Part shown: in pieces, positions 44,608-55,952 of the stretch | Position numbering within the stretch: the stretch's first letter is position 1 | Layout of the letters: each line of letters starts with the position of its first letter | Source of the DNA: Haemophilus parainfluenzae | Lineage (GTDB): Bacteria > Pseudomonadota > Gammaproteobacteria > Enterobacterales > Pasteurellaceae | Length of the DNA stretch: 64,000 bases | Assembly (NCBI GenBank): GCA_018366115.1 | Contig: JAGZIS010000001.1 | Span: 254,118-318,117, forward strand | Direction of reading: 5' to 3' | The notes under the pieces: generated by a model | Told to the model about the DNA's origin: nothing | Databases searched by the model: none | Seen by the model: only the letters and a program-made list of their open reading frames with translations | Made by a program: the position numbers and the translations under genes

Positions 44608-45942
44608 ATGAAAAACGTCGTTATCGTTGGCGGTGGCGCCGGCGGCATAGAGTTAGCGACATTTTTAGGTGACAAATTAGGTCGTAAAAAACAGGCTAAA
44701 GTGACGCTTGTGGATCGCAATGCGACCCACTTATGGAAACCCTTATTACATGAAATTGCTACAGGTGTGATGGATGATGGTACAGATTCTCTGAGCTATC
44801 GTGCACACGGGAAAAACCACCATTTCAGCTTTGAGCAAGGCTCAATCACGCGTATTAATCGTGAGCAAAAATATGTTGAACTTGCCCCAGTTTATGGGCA
44901 AGAAGGCGATATGCTCGTGGTTGCGCGCCGTATTCCTTATGATTACTTAGTGATTGCGATCGGCAGTAAATCGAATGATTTCAATACAAAAGGCGTTGCC
45001 GATAACTGTATTTTCTTGGATAGCTCAGATCAAGCACTTCGCTTCCAACAAAGAATGTTGGAACTATTCCTTAAATTCTCTGAAAACCGCGCATTAGATG
45101 ATATTGGTGAAGAAGAATTTAAACAGAAATTAGTGGATGAAAGTAAAGTCAATATTGCGATTGTTGGCGGCGGTGCAACTGGTGTGGAATTAACTGCTGA
45201 GCTTTATCATGCGACTGAAGACTTGTCTTCTTACGGTTACGGTAAAATTGATAATTCTTGCTTGCAAGTCACCTTAGTTGAAGCAGGTCCTCGCTTATTA
45301 CCGGCTCTACCTGAAAATTTATCTGCAGCGGTATTAGATGAATTGCAAGAAATGGGGGCAAATGTGAAATTAAATACCATGATCACGGAAGCCCAACCAA
45401 ATACACTTATCACCAAAGATGGCGAAGAAATCAAAGCTGACCTTATTGTTTGGGCGGCGGGTGTTCGCACTTCAACGGTGACACAGCAATTCGATGGATT
45501 AGAGCTTAACCGTATCAATCAATTAGTGGTAAAAGATACCCTTCAAACTACGGTGGATGACAGTATTTTTGCCATTGGTGACTGTGCGGCATTAATGCAA
45601 CCAAACGGTAAATTAGTTCCGCCAAGAGCGCAAGCGGCACACCAAATGGCAAAAGCTTGTGCAAAAAATATCTTTGCACTTTTTGAGCAAAAACCATTAA
45701 AAGCCTTCAAGTACAACGATAAGGGAACCTTGGTTTCTCTTTCAAGCTTTACCGCATTGGGTAGCATTTCAAATAAATTTGGGAAAAACCCACTGACTGT
45801 TCAAGGTAAATTTGCACAGTTTGCGTACGTGTCTTTATATCGTATGCATCAACATGCTTTGCATGGATGTATTAAGATTGGCTTGATTATTTTAGTAGAT
45901 AAACTTAACCACTATTTAAAACCAAGATTGAAATTACATTAA
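44608..45942 (+). CDS. ndh: Type II NADH:quinone oxidoreductase.
   Basis: 444 aa with two GxGxxG dinucleotide-binding motifs (VIVGGGAGG and AIVGGGATG). Confidence 0.9.
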   Translation: MKNVVIVGGGAGGIELATFLGDKLGRKKQAKVTLVDRNATHLWKPLLHEIATGVMDDGTDSLSYRAHGKNHHFSFEQGSITRINREQKYVELAPVYGQEGDMLVVARRIPYDYLVIAIGSKSNDFNTKGVADNCIFLDSSDQALRFQQRMLELFLKFSENRALDDIGEEEFKQKLVDESKVNIAIVGGGATGVELTAELYHATEDLSSYGYGKIDNSCLQVTLVEAGPRLLPALPENLSAAVLDELQEMGANVKLNTMITEAQPNTLITKDGEEIKADLIVWAAGVRTSTVTQQFDGLELNRINQLVVKDTLQTTVDDSIFAIGDCAALMQPNGKLVPPRAQAAHQMAKACAKNIFALFEQKPLKAFKYNDKGTLVSLSSFTALGSISNKFGKNPLTVQGKFAQFAYVSLYRMHQHALHGCIKIGLIILVDKLNHYLKPRLKLH

Positions 45943-45945
45943 GAC

Positions 45946-45978
45946 AAAAAGTGCGGTCAAATTTAGCCGCACTTTTTT
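45946..45978. terminator. USS-derived hairpin between convergent ndh and folD.
   Basis: AAAAAGTGCGGTCAAATTTAGCCGCACTTTTTT. Confidence 0.75.
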
Positions 45979-45983
45979 ATTTC

Positions 45984-46841
45984 TTAAACCAGTTGATTGT
46001 TACGCTCATAGGCATAAAGTGTATTAAACATCAGCATGGCAACTGTCATTGGTCCTACTCCACCCGGTACTGGCGTAATATAAGCCGCTTTTTGTATCGC
46101 CACATCATATTCCACATCGCCCACTAATTTGCCATTGATACGGTTAATCCCCACATCAATGACTGTTGCCCCTTCTTTAATCCAATCGCCCGGAATAAAA
46201 CGAGGTTTACCCACAGCTACCACTAAAACATCCGCCTGACGAATATGATGTTCTAAATCTTTGGTAAAACGGTGCGTTACCGTGACAGTAGCGCCTGCCA
46301 ATAATAATTCAAGCGACATTGGACGCCCTACAATATTTGATGCACCAACGATCACGGCATGCTTACCGTGTAAATCAATACCTGTAGTTTCTAATAATTT
46401 CATCACACCATAAGGGGTGCAAGCGCGTAAAGTTGGAATACGCTGACATAAGCGTCCCACATTATAAGGATGGAAACCATCCACATCTTTTTCAGGGCTA
46501 ATACGCTCAATCACTGATGTGCTATTAATTTGTTTAGGCAATGGAAGTTGCACGAGAATACCATCAATGGTTTCATCGGCATTCAATTGATCTATCAGTT
46601 GTAGTAATTCTGCCTCCGACGTTGTTTCAGGTAAATCATAGGATTTTGAAACCATCCCGATTTCCTCACAGCTTTTTCGTTTACTGCCTACATAAACTTG
46701 AGAAGCGGGATCTGCCCCCACCAAAATTACCGCAAGTCCTGGCGCACGTTTACCTTGAGCACGATAATGTTCAATTTTATTGGCAACATCCGATTTGATT
46801 TTTTTTGATAGTTCAGTACCTGAAATAATTTGAGCAGTCAT
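45984..46841 (-). CDS. folD: Bifunctional methylene-THF dehydrogenase/cyclohydrolase.
   Basis: [14 protein letters not shown] follows a GAGGA RBS and aligns with E. coli FolD. The ORF track extends to 46856. Confidence 0.95.
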   Translation of the reverse strand: MTAQIISGTELSKKIKSDVANKIEHYRAQGKRAPGLAVILVGADPASQVYVGSKRKSCEEIGMVSKSYDLPETTSEAELLQLIDQLNADETIDGILVQLPLPKQINSTSVIERISPEKDVDGFHPYNVGRLCQRIPTLRACTPYGVMKLLETTGIDLHGKHAVIVGASNIVGRPMSLELLLAGATVTVTHRFTKDLEHHIRQADVLVVAVGKPRFIPGDWIKEGATVIDVGINRINGKLVGDVEYDVAIQKAAYITPVPGGVGPMTVAMLMFNTLYAYERNNQLV

Positions 46842-47019
46842 GCGTTTTTTCCTCAAGATGGCATTAAGTAAACGTTTGCTATTTTAACTGACAACGCCTT
46901 ATTTTACAAAGACAACAAAAGTGCGGTTGAAAAACTGGAATAATTTTGAGCAATTGAAAGAGGAATCTAAAAAATTAATTGACTGAAAAGAAAAGCTCAC
47001 TATAATTGTGCTCAATCGT

Positions 47020-47096
47020 CGGCGAGTAGCGCAGCTTGGTAGCGCAACTGGTTTGGGACCAGTGGGTCGTAGGTTCAAATCCTATCTCGCCGACCA
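47020..47096 (+). tRNA. tRNA-Pro (TGG).
   Basis: CGGCGAGTAGCGCAGCTTGGTAGCGCAACTGGTTTGGGACCAGTGGGTCGTAGGTTCAAATCCTATCTCGCCGACCA is near-identical to E. coli proM. Confidence 0.9.
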
Positions 47097-47148
47097 CTTC
47101 TTTTATATTTCCCTCGAAATTCCATACAAAAGATGTAACCCTTAAAAT

Positions 47149-47225
<77 letters not shown>

Positions 47226-47416
47226 TTATATACATTCTCAAAAAATCAAATCATCTCACAAAGTCATAAGTCATTGTTTTGCAATGTAAATATTTGTAAA
47301 TTTTTACATTAAAATATTTACCAAATTATTTCATACCAGTATTATTCATTTCGTTTCATACCGAATGAAACTTTTATGATATTTCGGAGATTTTTTATTT
47401 AAAGGAATTAAACCTA

Positions 47417-48637
47417 ATGAAAAAAACACTATTATTTGTATGTTTATTTGGAAGTGCATCTCTTGCTTTCGCAGAAGATACCGCAACAAAAACTGAAGTT
47501 TATACTCAAGTAGGAAGACTCGACGAGCGTATTACTGAAACTCGTTCAGTTCTTGATAATCGAATTACAAATGAGCGTAAAGAACTTGACGATCGCATCA
47601 CGGGTGTCGATGTTCGACTAAATCAAACGGACAAAAGTTTAAACGATCGTATTAATGAAACAGATAAAAATCTCAACAACCGCATTAATGACGAAGTAGG
47701 GCGTTTAGATAGAGATATCACAGAAAATCGCCGAGCATTAGATGAACGCATTACGAATACTCAAACTGAAATTGATAATCGTGTAACAACTGAAGTGGGA
47801 CGTCTTGATGATCGCATCACCAATGCTCAGAAAGATTTAAATAATCGTATTACTGGCGTTGATGAACGTTTAAACCAAACAGATAAAAATCTAAACAATC
47901 GCATCAATGATGAAGTGGGTCGTTTAGATGGTCGCATTACTGAAGATCGCCGTGCACTGGATGAAAGAATTACTGAAAATCGCAAAGATTTAGATAATCG
48001 TATTACGGAGAATCGCAAAGATTTAGATGAACGAATTACAGAGAATCGTAAGGATTTAGATAATCGTATCACGGGTGTAGAAGAGCGAGTTAGGGATACC
48101 CAAAAAAATCTAAATAACCTAGATAACCAAGTAAAAAATAATACAAACAATATTCAAACGAACAGAACTGATATCGATGATCTAAAAAATAGAATCAGCC
48201 ATAATTCATCAAGTAATACTCAAAACACCAAAGCACTTGCTGATAAAGTAAACAATAACGTGCAAAATATTGCGAATAACGCTTCACGTTTAGATCACTT
48301 ATCAAATCAAGTGATGACAAATACAAAAGAGATTTCTGATTTACGCTCTGAAATGACACGTTCTACTGAATCATTACGCTCAGATTTGAAACACAACGTG
48401 AAAAAATTACGCGCAGGTATTTCAAGTGCCATTGCATTAACACAAGTACCTCAAGCTATTACCTCTGGGGAAAGCGTGCTTGGTGTAGGTGCAGGAACTT
48501 TCCGTAATGAAAGTGCACTAGCAGTCGGTTATTCTCGTGCATCTGATAATGGTAAACTGCTATTTAAAGTAGGCGGTACTGCAAGTAGCCGTGGTGATTT
48601 TGGTGCGGGTGCAGGTGTTGGAATACGTTGGCGCTAA
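47417..48637 (+). CDS. Trimeric autotransporter adhesin (YadA-like anchor; NadA/DsrA-sized) with a repetitive coiled-coil stalk.
   Basis: A signal peptide MKKTLLFVCLFGSASLAFA is followed by many 11-aa repeats (e.g. DNRITENRKDL / DERITENRKDL). The C-terminal segment GISSAIALTQVPQ...LAVGYSR...GAGAGVGIRW is a typical YadA-type beta-barrel anchor. Confidence 0.8.
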   Translation: MKKTLLFVCLFGSASLAFAEDTATKTEVYTQVGRLDERITETRSVLDNRITNERKELDDRITGVDVRLNQTDKSLNDRINETDKNLNNRINDEVGRLDRDITENRRALDERITNTQTEIDNRVTTEVGRLDDRITNAQKDLNNRITGVDERLNQTDKNLNNRINDEVGRLDGRITEDRRALDERITENRKDLDNRITENRKDLDERITENRKDLDNRITGVEERVRDTQKNLNNLDNQVKNNTNNIQTNRTDIDDLKNRISHNSSSNTQNTKALADKVNNNVQNIANNASRLDHLSNQVMTNTKEISDLRSEMTRSTESLRSDLKHNVKKLRAGISSAIALTQVPQAITSGESVLGVGAGTFRNESALAVGYSRASDNGKLLFKVGGTASSRGDFGAGAGVGIRWR

Positions 48638-48660
48638 CTAAATACTCGTATAAATAACAA

Positions 48661-48686
48661 AAGCACGCTTAATGCGTGCTTTTTTA
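48661..48686 (+). terminator. Terminator after the adhesin gene.
   Basis: AAGCACGC-ttaa-TGCGTGCTT followed by TTTTTAT. Confidence 0.8.
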
Positions 48687-48755
48687 TATCCATAAAATAT
48701 CGGAATCTATGATTTAAAAAATGATCGGGATATTTATAAAGGATTGTAATTTGAA

Positions 48756-48845
48756 TGGCGGTGAGAGGGGGATTCGAACCCCCGATGCACTTTCGCACAT
48801 ACACGCTTTCCAGGCGTGCTCCTTCAACCACTCGGACATCTCACC
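48756..48845 (-). tRNA. tRNA-Ser (GGA).
   Basis: The reverse complement GGTGAGATGTCCGAGTGGTTGAAGGAGCACGCCTGGAAAGCGTG...GGTTCGAATCCCCCCTCTCACCGCCA has a long variable arm. Confidence 0.9.
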
Positions 48846-48970
48846 GTTTTGAAGTGCGTGAAATATAAAGATTTATCCAAGATTAGTCAAGTTTTTTGAG
48901 CTAGAACATAAAAAATCCTTTTCCTTTTAGCTAAAATATAAACTTATCTCTTTTCTATCGTCGTATTTTT

Positions 48971-50713
48971 ATGCAAATCAAATCACTCTTTTCTAAAAAT
49001 GTGTTTTTGGCCGTAAAACCATTTAGCGCATTGAAAGAATCTTTCCGTGAAGGTTACGGAAAACAAAAATTGATAAAAGATATTATCGCGGGCCTCACCG
49101 TGGGAGTTATTGCGATTCCCCTCTCCATGGCCTTGGCAATCGCCAGCGGTGTTCCGCCACAACACGGTCTTTATACTGCTATCGTGGCTGGTATCGTGAT
49201 TGCATTAACCGGTGGATCACGTTTTAATATTTCTGGGCCAACCGCCGCATTTGTCGTGATTTTATATCCCGTTACCCAACAATTTGGGCTCAGCGGGTTA
49301 CTTATGGCGACACTACTTTCGGGGATTATTTTAGTTATTATGGCCTTATCGCGATTAGGGCGATTAATTGAGTACATTCCTCTCCCCGTTACACTTGGCT
49401 TTACCTGCGGAATTGGGATCACCATTGGCACCTTGCAAATCAAAGATTTCTTAGGTTTAGACATTGCTCAGATGCCACCTCACTATATTGAAAAAGTGCA
49501 AGCTATTTTGACCGCACTTCCTACGATTAACTGGGCAGACACCGCTGTTGGTGTGGTCACTTTATTTGTACTCACCCAATGGCATAAGCTTCGTTTACCC
49601 GTGCCAGGTCATTTACCTGCGGTCATTATTGGGACTCTCATGGCATTAGCCTTAGGGCAATTTGGTTTATCCGTTGAAACCATTGGTACAGCATTCCAAT
49701 ACACCTTATCTGACGGTACAACAGGACATGGTATCCCTAATGTCTTGCCTGAATTTGCCTTACCTTGGAATATTCCTAACGCACAAGGTGAAGTCATCAA
49801 TTGGAATTTTGATCGCATACAAGATATCTTGCCTGCAGCCTTTTCAATGGCTGTATTAGGTGCGATTGAATCGCTACTTTGCGCAGTCATTTTAGATAAC
49901 ATGACGGATACTAAACATCATTCCAATAATGAATTACTCGCCCAAGGTTTAGGGAATATTATTTCACCATTCTTAGGCGGCATTACGGCAACTGCAGCAA
50001 TTGCACGTTCCGCAGCCAACGTTAAATCTGGAGCAGTATCACCAATAGCCAGTGTAATTCATGCACTCTTAGTTTTATTCTCGCTATTATTCTTTGCGAA
50101 TGCCCTGTCTTATTTGCCACTCTCTTCTATGGCTGCATTGCTATTAATGGTAGCTTGGCATATGGCGAATGTACCTGAAATCATTCGTTTGGCGCGTCGC
50201 TCAACAAAAAATGAAATTGCTGTGTTGTTCACTTGCTTAATTCTCACCGTGTTATTTGATATGGTAATCGCCATCTCTGTCGGCGTATTATTAGCGAGCC
50301 TCTTATTTATCCGCACCATTGCAGAAATGACAAAAACGATTGAACAACCCGTGCCAGAAGATCTAGATGATGTGTTAGCTTATCGTATCAGTGGTCCATT
50401 GTTCTTTGCGGCGGCAGATAAACTCTTTGCGGATTTGCACGATAAAACCGTACATACTGATCACGAGATAAAACATATCGTATTACAATGCGATGCCGTG
50501 ACTGTTCTGGATACAGGGGGCATTCATGCACTCACCCACTTTGTACAACATATGTTGCCACATCAACAAATCTACTTGTGCAATATGCAATTCCAACCAC
50601 TCAGAATGTTAGTAAAATCTAACTCTGTGCCTGAATTGCAAAAAATTAACTATGGTACAGATTTACAAGATGTGTTTAATAAAATTCGTGAGTTTGAACA
50701 AGCAAATCCATAA
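48971..50713 (+). CDS. dauA: SulP-family C4-dicarboxylate/anion transporter with a STAS domain (DauA/YchM-like).
   Basis: 580 aa. Long stretches match E. coli YchM ([30 protein letters not shown]...), followed by a C-terminal STAS domain. Confidence 0.9.
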   Translation: MQIKSLFSKNVFLAVKPFSALKESFREGYGKQKLIKDIIAGLTVGVIAIPLSMALAIASGVPPQHGLYTAIVAGIVIALTGGSRFNISGPTAAFVVILYPVTQQFGLSGLLMATLLSGIILVIMALSRLGRLIEYIPLPVTLGFTCGIGITIGTLQIKDFLGLDIAQMPPHYIEKVQAILTALPTINWADTAVGVVTLFVLTQWHKLRLPVPGHLPAVIIGTLMALALGQFGLSVETIGTAFQYTLSDGTTGHGIPNVLPEFALPWNIPNAQGEVINWNFDRIQDILPAAFSMAVLGAIESLLCAVILDNMTDTKHHSNNELLAQGLGNIISPFLGGITATAAIARSAANVKSGAVSPIASVIHALLVLFSLLFFANALSYLPLSSMAALLLMVAWHMANVPEIIRLARRSTKNEIAVLFTCLILTVLFDMVIAISVGVLLASLLFIRTIAEMTKTIEQPVPEDLDDVLAYRISGPLFFAAADKLFADLHDKTVHTDHEIKHIVLQCDAVTVLDTGGIHALTHFVQHMLPHQQIYLCNMQFQPLRMLVKSNSVPELQKINYGTDLQDVFNKIREFEQANP

Positions 50714-50720
50714 AACACTA

Positions 50721-50751
50721 AAAAGCGTGCTAAAATAGGCACGCTTTTTTA
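50721..50751 (+). terminator. Terminator after dauA.
   Basis: AAGCGTGC-taaaatag-GCACGCTT followed by TTTTTAT. Confidence 0.8.
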
Positions 50752-50775
50752 TCAATAAAAATAAAGGAATTCAGA

Positions 50776-51492
50776 ATGCGTCCAAATAATCGTGAAAATC
50801 ATCAATCTCGTCCAATTAAAATCACCCGTAATTACACGAAACATGCTGAAGGCTCAGTATTGGTGGAATTTGGTGATACTAAAGTTTTATGTACGGCGAG
50901 TGTTGATGAAAGCGTACCGCGTTTTTTAAAAGGACAGAATCAAGGTTGGGTGACAGCAGAATATGGCATGTTACCTCGCTCTACACACAGCCGTATGCAA
51001 CGTGAAGCAGCAAAAGGCAAACAAGGTGGACGCACCATGGAAATTCAACGTTTAATCGCTCGTTCATTACGTGCCATGGTTGATTTAGAGGCTCTTGGCG
51101 AACGTTCTATTACCTTAGACTGCGACGTGATTCAAGCGGATGGCGGTACAAGAACCGCTTCTATCACTGGTGCAGCAGTGGCTTTATGTGATGCTATCAA
51201 CGGTTTAATCGCGAACGGCACATTAAAAACCAATCCAATCAAAGGTCTCGTTGCTGCAATTTCAGTTGGAATTGTTGAGGGTGAGGCTGTATGTGATTTG
51301 GAATACGTAGAAGACTCAGCTGCCGAAACAGATATGAACGTTGTGATGATGGAAGATGGTCGCATGATCGAAGTGCAAGGTACTGCAGAAGGCGAACCAT
51401 TCAGCCACGAAGAATTACTCACCTTATTAGGCTTAGCAAAACAAGGCTGCGAACAAATCTTCGCTGCACAACGTGAAGCATTAGGTTTATAG
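50776..51492 (+). CDS. rph: Ribonuclease PH.
   Basis: 238 aa. [42 protein letters not shown]. Confidence 0.95.
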   Translation: MRPNNRENHQSRPIKITRNYTKHAEGSVLVEFGDTKVLCTASVDESVPRFLKGQNQGWVTAEYGMLPRSTHSRMQREAAKGKQGGRTMEIQRLIARSLRAMVDLEALGERSITLDCDVIQADGGTRTASITGAAVALCDAINGLIANGTLKTNPIKGLVAAISVGIVEGEAVCDLEYVEDSAAETDMNVVMMEDGRMIEVQGTAEGEPFSHEELLTLLGLAKQGCEQIFAAQREALGL

Positions 51493-51501
51493 GAACAAAA
51501 A

Positions 51502-52143
51502 ATGGAAAGCTACAAAATCGAATTTATTAAATTCGCCTTGAGCCGTAATGTGCTTAAATTTGGTGAGTTTGCACTAAAATCAGGTCGAAAAAGCCCTTAT
51601 TTTTTTAACGCAGGATTATTCAGCACGGGGGCAGATCTTGCTCGCTTAGGTGAATTTTACGCAAAGGCAATTCAATCAAGTGCGGTCGGCTTTGATGTCA
51701 TTTTTGGGCCTGCCTACAAAGGTATTCCAATTGCGACGAGTGTTTCCATTGCATTATTTAATCAATTTAACCGTGATACGCCTGTTTGCTTTAACCGCAA
51801 AGAAGCCAAAGATCACGGTGAAGGCGGTAATTTGATCGGTAGCCCATTAACCGGCAATGTGTTGTTAGTTGATGATGTTATTACAGCTGGCACAGCCATT
51901 CGTGAATCCATGGCGCTTCTTGAAGCCAATCACGCGAAATTAGCCGCTGTCTTTATTGCATTAAATCGTCAGGAAAAAGGCAAAGGGGAACTGTCTGCCA
52001 TCCAAGAAGTAGAACGAGACTATCAATGCCAAGTGCTTTCCATTATTGATTTAGATGATTTAATGCAATTCATTGAAAAAGAACCCGATTATCAGCAATA
52101 TTTACCTGCGATGCGGGCTTATCGTGAAAGTTATGGTGTGTAA
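51502..52143 (+). CDS. pyrE: Orotate phosphoribosyltransferase.
   Basis: 213 aa with the PRPP-binding motif [13 protein letters not shown]. It lies downstream of rph, as in E. coli. Confidence 0.95.
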   Translation: MESYKIEFIKFALSRNVLKFGEFALKSGRKSPYFFNAGLFSTGADLARLGEFYAKAIQSSAVGFDVIFGPAYKGIPIATSVSIALFNQFNRDTPVCFNRKEAKDHGEGGNLIGSPLTGNVLLVDDVITAGTAIRESMALLEANHAKLAAVFIALNRQEKGKGELSAIQEVERDYQCQVLSIIDLDDLMQFIEKEPDYQQYLPAMRAYRESYGV

Positions 52144-52184
52144 TTCATCACTTGAAAAATAAGAATAAAGCCATATTAATGTAA

Positions 52185-52210
52185 GGGCAGACATTTGCGT
52201 CTGCCCATTA
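52185..52210 (+). terminator. Hairpin after pyrE.
   Basis: GGGCAGAC-atttgc-GTCTGCCC followed by ATTATTG, a weak U-tract. Confidence 0.55.
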
Positions 52211-52249
52211 TTGTCAAAAGACCTTTTGACCGCACTTTAGGGGAAGAGA

Positions 52250-53116
52250 ATGTATTTTTTTGGAAAGATTATCGGCGTTTTTCTCGGTTTTAAATGGGGG
52301 GGCTTTTTTGGCGCTATCGCTGGACTTATTTTAGGCTCTATCGCAGATAAAAAACTCTATGAGCTTGGTTCAGTTAACTCTAGCTTTTTTAAGAAAAAAA
52401 CGACTCGACAAGCACTCTTTATGCAAACTACTTTTGCAGTACTTGGACATTTAAGTAAATCCAAAGGTCGTGTGACAGAAGAAGATATTCAACTGGCGAA
52501 TCAGTTGATGAACCAGATGCAATTAGATGAGAGCCATCGCAAACTTGCTCAAGAAGCCTTCCGTCGTGGTAAAGAAGCGGATTTTCCATTGCGTCAGGTG
52601 ATTCGTGAGTTCCGCATTGGATGTGGACAACGCGCAGACTTGCTGAGAATGTTTTTACATGTGCAAGTGCAGGCTGCATTTGCTGATTCTCAATTACATG
52701 AGTCGGAAAAAGAAGTGCTTTATGTGGTAGCCGAAGAACTTGGTCTTTCCCGTATGCAGTTTGAGCAAATGCTGGCCATGGAAATTGCAGCTCGTCAATT
52801 TACCCAAGGTGGATTCTATCGCCAATACCAACAAGGCAGCTATCAACAGCAAGGTGGTTACCAATACCAACAACAAGGCGGATACCAACAATCTTCAGGC
52901 CCTACATTAAGCGATGCTTATAAAGTATTGGGCGTGAGTGAAAGTGATGATCGCAATGCGGTAAAACGTGCATATCGTCGTTTAATGAATGAACATCACC
53001 CGGATAAATTAGTCGCGAAAGGCTTACCGCCAGAAATGATGGAAATGGCTAAAGAAAAAGCGCAACAAATCCAAGCCGCTTATGATTTAATTTGTAAAGC
53101 AAAAGGCTGGAAATAG
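52250..53116 (+). CDS. djlA: Co-chaperone DjlA (membrane DnaJ-like protein).
   Basis: An N-terminal TM segment is followed by a Q/G-rich linker [15 protein letters not shown] and a C-terminal J-domain ([25 protein letters not shown]). Confidence 0.9.
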   Translation: MYFFGKIIGVFLGFKWGGFFGAIAGLILGSIADKKLYELGSVNSSFFKKKTTRQALFMQTTFAVLGHLSKSKGRVTEEDIQLANQLMNQMQLDESHRKLAQEAFRRGKEADFPLRQVIREFRIGCGQRADLLRMFLHVQVQAAFADSQLHESEKEVLYVVAEELGLSRMQFEQMLAMEIAARQFTQGGFYRQYQQGSYQQQGGYQYQQQGGYQQSSGPTLSDAYKVLGVSESDDRNAVKRAYRRLMNEHHPDKLVAKGLPPEMMEMAKEKAQQIQAAYDLICKAKGWK

Positions 53117-54048
53117 TGCGCGTTATCCTCGCCCCTATGCAAGGAGTGCTTGATCCTTTTGTTCGCCAGCTTTTAACCGAAGTGAATGAATACGATCTCT
53201 GCATCACCGAGTTTGTTCGCGTGGTGGATCAACTCTTACCCGAAAAAGTCTTTTATCGTCTTTGCCCAGAACTCAAAAATCAGGGCTTTACCCCTTCTAA
53301 AACACCTGTTCGTGTCCAACTTTTAGGTCAACATCCAAACTGTCTTGCTGAAAATGCTAATCGCGCCATTGAGCTTGGCTCACATGGTATTGATTTAAAT
53401 TGTGGCTGTCCATCCAAAACCGTTAATGGGAGCAACGGAGGAGCAGCACTTCTCAAACAACCTGAATTAATTTATCAAGCGACTCTAGCCTTACGAAAAA
53501 CCGTACCTAGTCATTTACCTGTCAGTGTGAAAGTAAGATTAGGTTGGGATTGTACTTCACAAGCGTTTGAAATTGCTGATGCCGTACAACAAGGTGGCGC
53601 CACTGAAATCACTATTCACGGTCGAACTAAAGCCGATGGCTATCGTGCCGATCGCATCAATTGGGAAAAAATCGGTGAAGTGAGATCTCGCTTGACGATC
53701 CCTGTGATTGCTAATGGTGAAATTTGGCGCTGGGAAGATGGTCAAGCATGTTTGAAAGCGACCGGCTGCGAAGATCTAATGGTCGGGCGTGGTGCATTAA
53801 ATATCCCAAACTTAAGCCTTGTACTCAAACAAAATTGCGAAAAAATGCCTTGGGTGGATATTCAAAAAATCTTGCAAAAATATGCGGAAATGGAAAATTT
53901 CCATGATTCTGGTTTTTATCATGTTGCCCGAATCAAACAATGGCTACGCTATCTCAATAAAGAATATCCTGAAGCAGATATCGTTTTTGAGCGAATTAAA
54001 ACCAGCAAAACAGCAGAAGAGCTGAGAGAACGACTCTGTCAGAGCTAA
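53116..54048 (+). CDS. dusC: tRNA-dihydrouridine(16) synthase.
   Basis: 310 aa of Dus family sequence with a TIM barrel (LNCGCPSK). The start overlaps the djlA stop. Confidence 0.9.
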   Translation: MRVILAPMQGVLDPFVRQLLTEVNEYDLCITEFVRVVDQLLPEKVFYRLCPELKNQGFTPSKTPVRVQLLGQHPNCLAENANRAIELGSHGIDLNCGCPSKTVNGSNGGAALLKQPELIYQATLALRKTVPSHLPVSVKVRLGWDCTSQAFEIADAVQQGGATEITIHGRTKADGYRADRINWEKIGEVRSRLTIPVIANGEIWRWEDGQACLKATGCEDLMVGRGALNIPNLSLVLKQNCEKMPWVDIQKILQKYAEMENFHDSGFYHVARIKQWLRYLNKEYPEADIVFERIKTSKTAEELRERLCQS

Positions 54049-54202
54049 AAAAGTGCGATCAAAATAGACGGCTTTTTTAGCATTATCCCCACTCGTACGA
54101 TGAGTGCTTACAGTCAAACAAAACTTGACCAAAATCAAAAAGCTATCATGCAGAATCAGTAGAATCGATGAGGCATATACCACAAAAAAGGAGAGGTGCC
54201 TT

Positions 54203-54955
54203 ATGAAGACTCGTCTATTGCTTTCAAGCTTACTTATCGCATTAAGTGCAACATCATTTGCCCAAACGCATAAAGCGCATTGGTCTTATAATGGAAAAGA
54301 AAGCCCTGAACATTGGGGTGATTTGCTCACCGAATATCAAACCTGTAAGCTAGGGAAGGTTCAGTCGCCTGTTAATCTCGAAGCTGATAACAGCATGAAA
54401 GTGGCAAATAAACCACTTAAGATGAATTATTTCCCTGCAGCTTATCAAGTAGAAAACAATGGACATACTGTGCAAGTCAGTGTTACACAAGAAAATGCAC
54501 CATTTATTACGCTCAACAATAAACCATTTTATTTAAAACAATTTCACTTTCACACACCAAGTGAACATACCTTTAAACGTCAACATTATCCTTTAGAAAT
54601 TCATTTTGTCCATCAAAGTGAAGATAAAGCATTAGCGGTTGTTGCCGTAATGGTCAATGAAGGTGAAGCTAATCCAGCATTAGCGCCAGTCGTTGAGAAA
54701 AAACTTACCGTTGGACAAAAAGAAAAATTGACTCAACAGATTGATATTAAAGCGCTAATGCCAAAAGAAATGGCACGCTTCCGCTTAAATGGATCGCTCA
54801 CTACTCCACCTTGTAGTGAAAACGTGGCTTGGACCATTTTTAAAGCACCAATTCAAGCAAGCAAAGCACAAATTGCTGCGATAGAAGAAATGGAAGGGAA
54901 AAACAACCGCCCGACGCAACCATTAAATCAGCGTGATGTGGAAGTTGAACAATAA
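54203..54955 (+). CDS. Periplasmic alpha-type carbonic anhydrase.
   Basis: A signal peptide MKTRLLLSSLLIALSATSFA follows an AAAGGAGAGG RBS. HWSYNGKESPEHWG, QSPVNL and FHFHTPSEHT are alpha-CA zinc-ligand motifs. The ORF track begins at 54104. Confidence 0.85.
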   Translation: MKTRLLLSSLLIALSATSFAQTHKAHWSYNGKESPEHWGDLLTEYQTCKLGKVQSPVNLEADNSMKVANKPLKMNYFPAAYQVENNGHTVQVSVTQENAPFITLNNKPFYLKQFHFHTPSEHTFKRQHYPLEIHFVHQSEDKALAVVAVMVNEGEANPALAPVVEKKLTVGQKEKLTQQIDIKALMPKEMARFRLNGSLTTPPCSENVAWTIFKAPIQASKAQIAAIEEMEGKNNRPTQPLNQRDVEVEQ

Positions 54956-54964
54956 ATAAAAAAT

Positions 54965-54990
54965 ACGTGGATAATCTCCACGCATTTTTT
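54965..54990 (+). terminator. Terminator after the carbonic anhydrase gene.
   Basis: CGTGGA-taatc-TCCACG followed by CATTTTTTATT. Confidence 0.8.
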
Positions 54991-55006
54991 ATTCAGATTA
55001 GAAAGA

Positions 55007-55831
55007 TTAAAGGTGAATATTGCCATCATAGATATGAGTCGCATCGCCAGTCATATAAAGCGGTGAGCCTACGCCTTCCCACTCAATAAGCAAGCTACCA
55101 CCAGGTAAATCAACTTGTACTTTATTATCAAGTAAACCTTGCATCATTCCTACTGCCGCTGCTGCACAAGCCCCACTGCCACAAGCTTGTGTCTCACCTG
55201 CACCACGTTCATATACACGCAATTTAATGTGGTTACGATTGATGACTTGCATAAATCCAGCGTTTACCCTTTCAGGAAAACGTTCGTGGCTTTCTAAGAG
55301 TGGACCTAACTCTGCTACATTAGCCGTTTCAATATCGTCCACTTGAACAACACAATGTGGATTGCCCATTGATACTGCACCACAAAGCACCGTTTGCACA
55401 TCGGTACGTAAAATATAGTTTTTTTCAAATTTATTGGCTGTAAAAGGAATTTTATTGGGTTCCCAAATCGGTTCGCCCATATTGACGCGAATTTGCCCAT
55501 CTTCTTTTACCGTTAAAACCATTTTCCCTTTTTGTGTGCTTACTGCAATATCCTTTTTATTGGTCAGCCCTTTTAAAGTCACAAAACGCGCAAAACATCT
55601 TGCCCCGTTTCCACATTGCGATACTTCACTGCCATCTGCATTAAAAATACGGTAATGGAAATCTAAATCTGGATCATAAGGTGGCTCAACAATTAAAAGC
55701 TGATCAAAACCAATGCCACGATGACGATCAGCTAAGCGTTTAATGGTTTCAGGGGTAAAATAGGCATTTTGTGTCACAGCATCAACAACGACAAAGTCAT
55801 TGCCAAGACCATGCATTTTGGAAAACTGCAT
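55007..55831 (-). CDS. dapF: Diaminopimelate epimerase.
   Basis: [17 protein letters not shown] aligns to the E. coli DapF N-terminus, with an AAGGAAGG RBS. The ORF track extends to 55891. Confidence 0.95.
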   Translation of the reverse strand: MQFSKMHGLGNDFVVVDAVTQNAYFTPETIKRLADRHRGIGFDQLLIVEPPYDPDLDFHYRIFNADGSEVSQCGNGARCFARFVTLKGLTNKKDIAVSTQKGKMVLTVKEDGQIRVNMGEPIWEPNKIPFTANKFEKNYILRTDVQTVLCGAVSMGNPHCVVQVDDIETANVAELGPLLESHERFPERVNAGFMQVINRNHIKLRVYERGAGETQACGSGACAAAAVGMMQGLLDNKVQVDLPGGSLLIEWEGVGSPLYMTGDATHIYDGNIHL

Positions 55832-55952
55832 GTTTCCTTCCTTGATTTGAAAAGTTTTTGGCATTATAGAGAGCAATAAGCCGAATGGCAAATAGCCATA
55901 AGAGACAAAGTGCGGTCACAAAACACTTTATTTTCTCACCGCACTTTCATCA

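Noticed and set aside
47500-48130. Possibility that the regular about 33-bp repeats form a CRISPR array.
   Set aside because: The repeats are imperfect, contiguous without unique spacers, in frame within a long ORF encoding a coiled coil, and flanked by a signal peptide and a YadA anchor. This is not CRISPR.
47827-48150. A 107-aa minus-strand ORF inside the adhesin gene with an SKSLRFSVIRL repeat.
   Set aside because: It is an antisense reading of the 33-bp coiled-coil repeats. Its repetitiveness mirrors the sense-strand repeats, and there is no independent start signal.
52800-52900. The Q/G/Y-rich low-complexity stretch in djlA ([15 protein letters not shown]), considered as a contingency repeat.
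   Set aside because: It is the known flexible linker of DjlA between the membrane domain and the J-domain. The underlying DNA is not a perfect short tandem repeat.
53557-54183. Small ORFs (60-79 aa) on both strands across the dusC 3' end.
   Set aside because: They overlap the conserved dusC frame and lack starts or RBS.
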